Shown piece after piece: positions 1-10,973 of a stretch of 64,000 bases of DNA. The position numbers and the translations under genes are program-made. The DNA lies in assembly GCA_020891255.1 (NCBI GenBank), contig BQFW01000010.1, positions 1,178,001 to 1,242,000 on the forward strand, read 5' to 3'. Source of the stretch: Entomortierella parvispora E1425 (lineage: Eukaryota; Fungi; Mortierellomycota). A model generated the notes under the pieces. It did no database searches, had not been told where the DNA came from, and was given only the letters and a program-made list of their open reading frames with translations. Each line of letters begins with the position of its first letter. Positions within the stretch are counted from its first letter, which is position 1.

Positions 1-9
1 GCCAAAAAA

Positions 10-3000
10 ATGAAGAAGGAGAAAAACGACATCGCCGACAAAATGGAAGAGCAAGAAGACTGGGCTCCGCATCACGAATATCTCCAGACGGTTCGAGATA
101 ACTTTGATGAGCTATGGCGAAAGGCCCTGAACAAGAACCGGTCAAAGGCGGACTCTGTGCCAAAGGAGAAGGAGCCTGAGGTCCAGCTGCGAACCATCTC
201 CGTACCATTAGAGAAGATTCTGCGAAAAGACTTTCAAGATGCCGATAAAACGGCCATCAAAGAATTGCTGACTCAAAAACAGGAAGCAATGTCATCTCAT
301 ATGGAGGAGCTCCAGTCGGCACTCGCCATGGCCCAACTAGAGGTTAGTGAACGAATGGACATGCACTGGTGGAGCATCATGAGCTGGCAATTGACCGTAT
401 GTGATCCTTTTATGGTTTGTAGGTGCTGCAAGGACGGTTTCATTCCGAGCAAGGCTCCACCAATGAATTCGATATTCGTCAAATTCTCCCTGAGGCTTTT
501 AAAATCCGCGATACCGATCTCATGGAGAGTCCTTCTATCAAAGTCCCCCTGGTTGCAGACGATTTCCAGCTGAACGTAAAGAGATATTGTAACGAGGACG
601 CTCGGAGGTCACCATTCGAAAGGGACAGCAAGGACCTGTTCAATCACGATTGTATCGTGTATATCGCAGCACGGCTCGTACAAGAAGTCTCCGAAAAAGG
701 CAAATCAAAAAAAAAACAGAAGCCTGGCAGTGATAACGAAGACTTTGGTTCAGATGGTAGCGACGCCGAAGTATCTGACCAAGATCCTGAGGAAGATGAC
801 CACGACGTGTGCGAATCTGGTCCAAGCAGTCTAACAAAGCCATCGTTATCGGCAGGTACCAAGCGCCAACGGCCTTCCACCAATGCCAGCCAGTCCGCAA
901 AAGCTTTGACGCACCCTGTTTGGAACGAATTGGCGGCTTTCGTCAGACAAGCGTGGAGTGGAGATGATGAATTTGCCACGAATGCTGTATGTCCAAAAGG
1001 CATGTCTCAATCACGCCCAGAGGTCTTAAAGACAATTGCCACCAGCTACCATAACATTTGGAAGGCAAAGCTATATCTCGACCTCAAACGGGCGGTTGTC
1101 CGTTACTTGTTGCGACTTCATCTTCGACCGCTTGGGGAGCAGCGATATAGAGATCAGAAGAAGAGGTTCGCGGAAAACAAGGCGTCAGAGGCAGCCGAGA
1201 AATTGAAAAGTCCGTATGTGCGCAGAAAAGCCTACCGCTGGACAGCAAAGAAGGTGCTTGTTCAACTGGACGAGGCCATCAGCACCTGCAAGACGGCTTG
1301 GAATGGTAACATCTTGGAGTTGCGGGATCCTCTCGACTTGAAGGATAGACAGTCCCGGATTGCTAGGGTCAGCAACGTCTTCCGACTGCTCAGAGATGTT
1401 GTTGACAAGACCAAAGCTGCAGATAAGGACATTGGTGATCTCAAGCTCAAACTTGACCGGGGCGGTAGCAATGATCAAAGTAGCAACAGCGAAGTAATTC
1501 CGACTTCGTACGACATCATAGAGTTGGCTCAGGAAGGGGATGACTTTGATGGCGAGTGTGATCTTCAGGAGGAAGACGACTTTGATGGCGAGTGTCAAGA
1601 GGAAGACGGCTTAGACCAGGCAGAGACGGAATCGGCACCCGAACCGGAGGTCGTCAGAGGTAAGGCAAAAAAGTTTGGCTTTGAAATACATCACAAACTC
1701 AGATGTCGCCCTAACAATAACGACTTGTTTTGTAGATGCTTTGGAACCAACAGGCAAACACCTTCGTGGGCTGGAGGCTGTCACCTGCCTCTTGCTTGAC
1801 AGATCTGACTGCCCTTCTCAGGTTACGCCGGCATTCGTTCGTGAATACCTCTTTGATGAGGAGATGTTCAACGATACTGAAGTCAGCACGGTCGTCCAAA
1901 TTGTCAACCAACTGCGACCCTATACTCCAAAACGAGATGACGAAAACAAGCTACATGAACATATTCTCGTGTTGGGCCCTTTCTGCATGCTCGCCAATCA
2001 CCTACTGCGCGCAATGGGCTTTTCCGACTTCACTCGTCGGTTGTTCCCAATTTCCTCATGTGGCAAATCTCACCCACTCCCACTGAACCCGAAAGGGATC
2101 TGCGAGGTATTGTGTGCAGAAGATCCAGGGCACTTCGACGTTAAGAGCAACGGCATGACAGTGTCATATGTGAACCGAGTGAAAAACAACGAGAAGACTA
2201 TTCTCGGCGCATTTTTCGACTTGGAACTCATACACGACATCTGTGGGAAACATCACCTTAAATTCGAAAACAGGTAAGGGCTATTCCGATTATTTTGTGC
2301 ACTGGAATAAGGAATCTGAAATTGACAAAGCTCTACCACTCTCCTCCCAACTCTAGACTCCAGTATGTCAATCCCTGGACAGTGCAAATCCTTGCTTCCA
2401 AGACAACGAAAGACGCTGCGCCAGATTTGTGGTCGGAAAAAAAGAAGAAGCACATCAAGCCGCCGGCCAGCTCCAAACATCCCTCTCGCCAACAGGATCT
2501 CATATCGTCAGGTATCTCGGCAGCGAGGGCCAAAGAACTCGCTCAAAGGTTGAGGAGACTCTGAAGGTGAAGACGAACGAGCTTCGACAACTTAACCGCA
2601 CCGTGACGAAGCAGACAAAGCGCCAATGTCTTTTGAGTAACACCATGTATGATCGTATGGCAACTCTGAAAACCATGGACGTGGATAACGAAGTTGTGGC
2701 CGATGCTGGTCGTGTCTCAGCTGAACAGGTGGAGATGGAAGTAGATGAAGGCGTCTACGATAGTACTCCAGAACCGGTCACTGCAGAGTCTATCCAGCAA
2801 GCCTACCGCGATTTGGGGGAGCAACGCAAACTTGTTCAGAGCACTCGAGCACTTACAGTTCCACTGGTACTGGAAATCAAAAACCTCAAGGAAGAAAAAT
2901 ACGCACTGAACAAGTATTCGAGAGAGAAAGCAGATTCGACAACACCTTCGACGTCGTCGCCGCGTGCTAGATCAAAGGGGAGAAAAAGGTCTGCTACAAG

Positions 3001-4539
3001 GGTTGGATCCACATCCACTGATGGCACCAGCGCCAATGTCAATGTCAATGTCACCACCAGCGCTACGGAATCTCCAAAGTCGCCATACACATCGATGCCC
3101 TCTGGAGCACGGCCAGGGTCAATGGATTATATTGAAGCTACATGCATCAGCAAACTCAGAGAGGATATTGCCGCGAACAATGAGAGGACGAGCACCCGCC
3201 AGATGACTCTGGTTCCTGGAGGAACGGACCCTGGTTCGAAGACTCTCTTCGAGACGGTAGTCATATCTGAATCAACTCTTATCAGCCTTCAGAACCGGTT
3301 CCATCTACTCTCGGATGAATCCGACAGTCCTCCAGAGGCTATCGCAGACCAGAATGTCTTTGAGGAGGCACTGAAAGTGAGCAGGAAGGGGGCGCTCGCC
3401 CAGATCAAAATTCCGGATACCCACAAAACGACCGTGGCGCAGATCCGCCATTTGTCAGGACTCACACAACAGGCAAAGACCAGAAAGAGCGCACTCGAGA
3501 GAAATCAACACATTGAGCCCCTGTTTTCTGAACTGGGTGAAAGTTCTCCTCACAAAGCAAGGACTGTCGCCGATTTTAAGAAGTCCGCCACGAACCGCCG
3601 AAAAGCCAGGGACAGACTCCGCGCCTTTGAGTACTCAAAAAGCATGACCAGAAAGAAAAGAAATGTCGCACGACGGCTGAAACGGACGTATGACCACATG
3701 GCATCCAAAGAGCGACAAGCGTTCAAGAAACTGGGCCAGGGTAAGCCGACTAATGTTCAGACTACTACAGTGCTCCCTAGTACCAGTCGTACTAATCCAA
3801 GATCTTTGTTACTATGGGGTGTTCATTAGGCAATCAAGCGGCGACGGGTCAGGAAATCGCAACAGATCTGCCATCCACACCATCGTCATCGATATCACTT
3901 GCAGCAGCTCAGCGCAAGTCCAACGGCTTTTGTTCATCGTGCGGAACCCACCATAGACCGGAGCTCGTTGCAGACCCGACTCATCCGACAGGAAAACGAC
4001 TTGTCCTAAAACACCTGAGAAACTGTCCAAAATCTCTTCCAGTCGTCATTCCACTCTTTTTTCACGGGGCTGCCGGCATGGGGGTAGGCTCTAGACTGAA
4101 GGGCAACTGCAGGATGGGCGGGAACGAAATACCCCGCAGACACAAGAACCATGGGCCAGTGGGTAAAACAAATGAGCACAACTCTTCAAAAACCTGCCCA
4201 TTTTGCTTTAGGCCAATTCGACTTGCACGAGGTCGGAGGATGAAGAAGGGAACAATGAAGCTCGTTCGCCTGAATGGCGCCGTGGAATGTACCAATCCTG
4301 AGTGTATTTCGCATCGTTGCGGCTATACGATCAGGGGCCGTGATCAAAATGCCGCCCTCAACATCGCCGTTGCCGGATACACCCAGCTTACCACTACCGA
4401 GAGGACCACACTCCCTCCATTCTCCACAACCACCAAGCGACTTTGGTCGCACCCCCTCACCAACACCGGATCAACAAGACCGGAAACACAACTTCCAAAT
4501 CCATCCGGGCGATGCGACGACGAACTAAACGTGGTTTAG
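10..4539 (+). CDS. Giant Fanzor-like (eukaryotic TnpB family) RuvC/zinc-ribbon nuclease, 5 exons, one -1 frame break; may begin upstream of the window
   Basis: GT-AG introns 343-422, 1660-1735, 2274-2356 and 3741-3829 join the ORF-track pieces in consistent phase. The exons total 4202 nt, so restoring one base between 2437 and 2548 gives 1400 aa + stop. Motifs: RuvC-I GTDPG (D 3227-3229); Gly at the canonical RuvC-II position (LFFHGAAG) with the downstream Fanzor-type Glu in TNEHNSSKTC (E 4174-4176); zinc ribbon CPFC...CTNPEC (4195-4305); RuvC-III RDQNAALNI (D 4342-4344). Confidence 0.85.
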
Positions 4540-4885
4540 ATTACGTAAGTATCATCAGGTCAAATCGATGCTGTGTCATATCATTACTATTAGCCTGAGA
4601 CTTAACCCGTCACTTACTTTGTTTACTTTGCATTTCTCTTGGTGACAGACACCGTACGTTGACAGTAAATGCAGCTGCGGTAAAACGGTAACGGTTCACC
4701 GCTGTAATCAACATCGTCATCGTCGCAGATATCGTCTTGTCTTGCTTTCCAGTTTTGTCCAAAGCTATTCCATCCTACACCCACTGCAGTTCTCTCTATT
4801 CTTTTCTCTATCGGCGCCAACTGGGACCTGAACGCGACAGCGCAGGTTGCATATACACGTGATTGAAAGTGTTGGTGGCGTATAG
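4540..4885 (+). ncRNA. Candidate Fanzor omegaRNA scaffold region
   Basis: Lies immediately 3' of the Fanzor stop, where omegaRNAs are expected. Visible pairings: GTTGA 4658-62/TCAAC 4708-12 enclosing GCGGT 4677-81/ACCGC 4698-4702; hairpin GACCTG-aa-CGC-GACA-GCG-CAGGTT 4825-4848 with a GNRA loop; CTAT-cg-GCGCCA 4808-19 with TGGCGT-ATAG 4876-85. The folding was done by eye, not computed. Confidence 0.35.
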
Positions 4886-4905
4886 TATTTATTGATGAGA
4901 CGGAC

Positions 4906-6980
4906 TTAGGCTGTCTTCGCCTTGACTTGCTCCTTGTTCTTTTCTTGCCACTTTGGGAGGAGATAGAACTGGTACGTGGGGTACGCTGTGAGAAGGGTCA
5001 GGAAAGTAATCCAGAAGTAGATAACAGCTGGTGGTGCAGGGTTTGGGAACTCGCCCTGACCGAACTTGAAGATAATCAATACTTCTGTTGCAATACTGCC
5101 GATCAAGAGCCACGCCTGTGGTCCGATACGTTTGCAGTTACTAGATGGAAGGGGAACCATTGCGTGGGTTAGAATGGCATTAGACATGAGGTGGAAATGG
5201 AGGGGTCTGTAAGGACATCCACAGAAACTTACTCATCATGGAAGTATTGATAAGCCTCACGGACTCCAGGGATTCCAAACATAAAGTAGGCAAAGATGCG
5301 AATGACATTGACGGGATGGGCTGGAGGCAGCCATAGAAGGGTCTTCAGGTAGAACGCGTTCAGCTCGCAGATCAAAAACTAGAAGCATGATGGAGGTTTT
5401 AGTACTCGAGCATAGTGTATGTTTCCGGAGCAAGTAGGTCCATGCCTCTGAAGACTCACCATGGTAAGCAGGAAGATCACGGTGCAGTAGCTCTTGAAGC
5501 TCTTGGTTGAATCCCATTCAAACTTTGTCCATGACTTTGGTGTGAACTGCTGCATTGTGCGCTTCATCTTTCCTTTCAGGGTTGGAATCTCAGCAAGGCC
5601 CTGCCAAGAGTACTGCTTCATCTCAAAGTACTCGCAGGTCTTAACACCAACGTACATTCCCAGCCAGTTACACAAAAGCACGTCCAGGATCCACTAAGAT
5701 CACAAAAAGACATAGTAACGGTGTTAGAGCGCTCTTCCGCCTGTCATTGTTCCTAGTGTTCGACATGATGCTTGGTTTGAGACTTACGTGATCCCACCAA
5801 CACTCGTCAAAGTTGTTGAGTTGATGAGAAAGTGAGTACTCCATGACTTCAAACATAACCGACAGAATCCAGCAGAAAGTATAGTCACGCAAGATCAGCG
5901 CCTTGCAGAACCATCCGATCGCGTGGGCCAACACAAACTCGTCAAAGACTTGGCTCTATTCAGAAAAAGTAAGAGAATCGTTTCAGTTAAACAATGGGTC
6001 ACAACACTAGATCACGTTTTGCATTTGTTGGGTCCAGGGGCAGGCCAATCACTGCTGTATGATCATACCACGATGTTGTCCCAAGTCAGCTCACAAGCGT
6101 CGCCATATGACTTTTCAGGAAGAGGAACTCCGAGGGAGGGATCAAGATATGTAAAGAAAACTCTTGCATCATGCTTGTTCTATTATATTCAGGAATTGCG
6201 AGTGAGTAAACAGGTGCCAGAGGCATGAGTGCATGATCCATTTTTGTCTATGGCTGTTGTCGTCATGGTTCTGAAAGAGTGGGTCGTCCTTACCTGGAAG
6301 AGCAGAAAAACCAGGAACAGCTGGTAAACAACTCCTAATGACAGAACAACACGCCAGAGAGCGGGATGGGGCCGTAATAACAGACTGTCCCTGAACTGAA
6401 GCATTCCAAAGACACAGAAGGCCCCGATGCAGGCTAAAAGTCCACTGAAAATGTAAAGGAGTGTGAGGATTATAAGAGGTTGGGCGAGCATGTTCCATGG
6501 TGACGCCCCACTTCTTTTGTCCCAGCCTGGAAAGTTGACTTTCAGGCGCTTACATTTTGACGTTTGTTGTTGTGTCATCAACTTCGGGTGTCAGGGCGAC
6601 GTAAACGAGGACAAGGAGCATTCCCCCCAGGATTGTAAGGGTTCGAGGCGTGTCTATTGTCGAAGACAAAGAGCAAGTCAGCAAGCCAGTCTCCCACTTT
6701 GCCGGCACTTGCCCAGGACTTCCTCTGTTACCGACGGAATCAACAGTCGACAAGGGGCCATGTTCTTACAGAAGAAGCCGACGGCAGGGTCCTGTTCAGC
6801 AGGTGTCTTCTGGAACTGGACCGAAGTATCCTTTGTGAACCATTCAGGCCTGTCATCAACAGATGACTCTGATGCAAACGACATTGACGATGAGCTCGAG
6901 GTTTGGCGAGACTTTTGACTAAAGTTCCCTGTCCTGGTCCCGTTCAAGTCCTGGGCTAGGAGCTGATCCTTGGATGTCAT
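4906..6980 (-). CDS. PTDSS: Phosphatidylserine synthase, base-exchange (PTDSS1/2, PSS family) type, multi-exon
   Basis: Exon peptides [71 protein letters not shown] and [11 protein letters not shown] match animal/plant PSS motifs. ATG 6980, TAA 4906-4908. Confidence 0.92.
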
Positions 6981-7351
6981 CTCTCTACGACCTTGTTTTT
7001 TTCGCTCTCAATTGTTAGAATAGACTGCGAAGGCTGCACAGGCAAAAAGCGCGTGGAGCAACCTGTTGTTGATGAATGGACGAGGATCGAGATGAATGAG
7101 TCGAGCCTCTTTTAGAAACAAAAAGAGGTCCAGCCGATGGTCACCGTGTTGAAAGAGGGGATTCGAGACAACAACAGAAGAATGAAAGAAGAAAAAGAAA
7201 AAAGAAGAAAAAAAAGGGACGAATGAAAGCAGGGACACGACTGATCAGCTTTTTTCTTTTTTTGCTTGGCCCGCCGGTTTATTATTTACATTTGCGCAGG
7301 GTTCGCACGCGTGGCCAGCGTGGGGTGTCTTGCATTTACAAAGGGTTGCCG

Positions 7352-9954
7352 TTACAGCTCCGGCTTCGGCAGCTTCACCTCAATCACAATGTTGGCCACC
7401 AGGCAAACCGCGTACACACCTAGCAGGAACCAGCCCCACCACCGTGTCAGCTCGTACCCGCTCCGTGGTACAACCACCAGTGCTGCTACCATCGTCAGCA
7501 GCACGCCTACTAGGGACACGATCAGCGTTGGCGCCGCTTCTAGCAAGATGGGATCCGAGGTTTGAACCGTCACGTATATACCGCTCACGCCCACGCCCAA
7601 CAACATATCTATTAGTTTGGAGAGTAAAAATCGTCAGTTGCGTGTTTCTTCCCTTTACACTCCTCTGCCTATTCCATCAACTCCAATATATTGCATACTC
7701 AACAATGGCCCTCCAAAGCAGGCAGAGAACGCCATGCGAGGAAACCCCATCCTAGCGATTGTAATGTTGGCAACCAGGTCACCCAAACTATTACCCTGTT
7801 GCATGAGAAAGAATCAAAGTTATTCAACGGCCAACATGAGGTTACCATAGAGCACTTCTAATGATGACAATATGACAATGTGCCTACCATTGCAAAGACC
7901 GTCAGTCCAAGGATAGCGTCACTGACCTTGAGGATCATACCAAGGGCCTGCAATATGCCAACCACTTCGTTCGCCACCAAAAAAATCCACGCCATGGCAA
8001 CAAGGAATCCTACAAATGCCAAAGTTTTGTGGCCCCGAGGGGGTTTTGTATCCGTGCTAAAATAACCCACCAAGGCCGACAGTACGACGCCCAAGGCTAG
8101 AGCCCCAAATATATAGAGGTATCCGCTGCCCACTACGCCTAAAACGATTGCCCAATGCCGAGTTAGCGCTTGTTATAACAAACATACAAACAAACGTTGT
8201 CGACAACTTACTGGTAACTACCGCAGCCAGAAACACTGGAGCTATGACCAACTGAATCATTGTCGCCGTCCGATTCCAGCCGTTTGGACCACCGGCGTTT
8301 TGTGTCAGAGCTGATCCATCTCTTTCACCTCTTTCGGCACTGGAGGATACCTCGTTTTCCTCTGCATCAAGGTCCACAACGGGTAGTGTCAGTTGTAGAA
8401 CAAGTACAATAGGTATGGACGCCACCGCCATTGCTTTCCCGATAAACGTTTTGTCGTGCCAGTCATGGAGAGTCGGAAAGAGAATCGGTATAAGCCTGGA
8501 GATGCCAGAGCGATCTGTGTTGGGCGCAGCACAAATTTCGGTGCTGGCCGTGCGATGGTCGTTAGAGTGTGTGGAGTGGTGACTGTGTCGAACGGTTAGA
8601 TCAATATCGGCAGATCCGTCTGTCGAGACTCTGCTGGCATGATCGAGGACACTTTCGACACCCGTATTATGAGAGATCACCAAAGCGGGGATCCTGTTCA
8701 GAGATGAAGAGCGGGAGTGTGTCGGTCGAGGTAAAACCAAGAGTGCCGAGCTTGATTCCCGGCTGGATGGCGGGGAAGGAGGGCCCTGATCCACTTTGTG
8801 AACCGCATCCTGGGAATCCTCCACAATGTTGACAGTAATGCCTGCTGCTTGGATTTCTTCAGCTTCTGCAGTCCGATCCCTGCGGTGTCCAACCACAGCA
8901 ATTATTACATAGGCGATATAGGCGACCACAAGGACAATGCTGTGAGCTAGCGTGATCTCTTTGTTCAAGACCATGTAGAGGGTGAAGACTATGCAGCCGG
9001 TGAAGAACGTCGTATCTCGAAGGAAGGATCCTTTGTTCACTTTGAATGGCTTGATAATCGCCATCGCTCCAACCACTACTGAAGATATGAGAGATGCAGC
9101 GCCTACGGGAACTTGTGTAAGTCAGAGTGTCCATGCCTGATGGTAGTCAGAAAATGTATATCCAGGTAAAGTTCACCATGACGTACCAACAACCTCGCCG
9201 ATTGCAAGGGAGCCACTACCAGCACTCATGGCCGAAAATGTACTAAATATATCTGGCGATGCATTGCCAAATGCAAGGAATGTTACTCCAGTCTGAAAAT
9301 AACAGTGTGGTTAGCAAAACAGGTATTGGTACCCATTTTTATGGTTCAGTTTCTGGAGTACGACGGGCATACCATGCTTTCGGAGAGATGCAGTTGCTTT
9401 GCGATTGTGTTGAGGTTAGGACCTACGGAGAAATCCAATTAGTAATTGCTCCAAAAGCAAGGCTAGAGGTGGCAGGCAACTGTCTCTTACAAAAAAAGTC
9501 GGACGCAGCCACGCCAACAAGTGCAAAGAGGAATATGATCCAGACAATCATGATGATTATCGCAAGCGCGGGTGCGGATTGTAACGTGCAAAAGTAAAGT
9601 TCGAAGTAGTTGATCAGCCCAGCATCGGTGCAGTACTCTTGCGCAAAGGAGCACCTATCTGGGTAATCCCAGACAGCCTCGCACTATTCGCATGAATATG
9701 AGATGGAGTATCAATGGATGCTGTCATAGACATCGATATTAGGCGATATAGCCCAGGTGATGTAGTCCAAAAAGTGTTACCAGCATGTCCGGAAGCACTG
9801 CATCTTCTTCATAGTCGAGGCGTTTGAATAGAAGAGAGGAGCTGCTGTGTTTCTGGCGTTGGGCGTGGTAGTTAGAGGATAGGACTCTGGTGAGGATCTG
9901 CGAGAAACAAAAGAGAGAGATCAAGAGGTAGAACAGCCTAGTCCCACTAGCCAT
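7352..9954 (-). CDS. Cation/Ca2+ exchanger, CCX/NCLX (NCKX6, Ecm27-like) family, multi-exon
   Basis: Signal-peptide-like N-terminus; DRCSFAQEYC..GLINYFELYFC; alpha-1 repeat LGNASPDIFSTFSAMSAGSGSLAIGEVVG (~9190-9265); alpha-2 repeat GNSLGDLVANITIARMGFPRMAFSACFGGPLL (~7700-7795); multiple TM segments. Confidence 0.92.
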
Positions 9955-10973
9955 TTGGAGTTATATGTGGGGAGTGAGAGGGTTGGAAAACAATGCTGTC
10001 CCGACGTCGCTCGGTTTTTATACTGGCAAAAGACCAATTTGAGGTCTGCCAGACATTTGGACACCGCGACACAAGGATCAACCTTTCTTCTTTTGTCCAG
10101 TGAGCTTGCCCAGAGTAGACGAACTTTGCAACACGACACCGCTTGTGACAGGGCCATGTTTCACTCATTCATTTGCCTGGCGCCTTTTTAAGAGCAATGT
10201 GATGCCTCTTTCAAACAAAGTGCGTCGTTGTCTCGGCGAAGGGCGCCAGCTGGGCGTGCAGGTCAACGGGCGGGACAAGGTTATGGCCGCGATCCATCAA
10301 GATAGCGTTGTCAGAGCTCGTCATGGCCACGGATCATGGAGTTATTCTGGGACACAAACGCCATGTGGGCCGCAGTGCTCTGTTTAGCTGCTCCTATTGG
10401 CTCTGCATCGCCAGCAGAGGATTGTTAACGGACAAACTCTATTCCCCAAGTCGTACCCGCCTCTCCGTAATGATATGATGTGTACGTGAAGTGTTTTATT
10501 TTGAGAAGTCCTTGAATTTTTTTTCTGCACTGGCATCTTCAATGCTCGACGTACATGTAACTGGTGGCTTGCACCTCAAGCTTGAAAGCACCTTGCAGAT
10601 ATTAGCCTTCAAAGAGTCCAGCAATAGGGAGGCATGATCGAAGGGGAAAGTGGGAGGATACAAGACTGAATGATAGCGAAGGGGGAGTCCGAGTTTTTGG
10701 ACAAAGCTTTCTCCGTCAGCTCTCGCCGGGCGCAGCTGTCTTCAGATCCCGGTCAATGTCATTTGTCATTTCTGATAGCGCACCCTTAATGAACTGTCGG
10801 CCAATCACTGAATGGCCGTTGAAATTGTGATCGTCAGCTGGGTCCCTGGGCTCACAGCTAATTCTGCTTTTGTCCTTCTTCCTTCGTCTCCACCGTCGTG
10901 AACCCGCACTCAAGGATACCATTACTTCCTACTTCCCTCTTACACTTTCTTGCACTCTACTTCACACTCTCTG

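Larger units (their letters stand above)
1..4885 (+). mobile_element. Probable right-hand part of a Fanzor-carrying element (left end and any transposase lie outside the window)
   Basis: Inferred from the Fanzor gene, since Fanzors are established passengers of eukaryotic transposons. No TIR or TSD can be shown because the left end is missing. The right boundary is approximate. Confidence 0.4.

Noticed and set aside
1542-1595. Duplicated DFDGEC unit (36-nt period) and NVNVNV run (~3035-3053) in the Fanzor gene
   Set aside because: Small slippage repeats in disordered inserts; no separate function is supportable.
2512-2548. Possible 37-nt GT-AG mini-intron to repair the Fanzor frame break
   Set aside because: Splicing gives GGT TGA (immediate stop), and the next AG (2566) is also out of frame.
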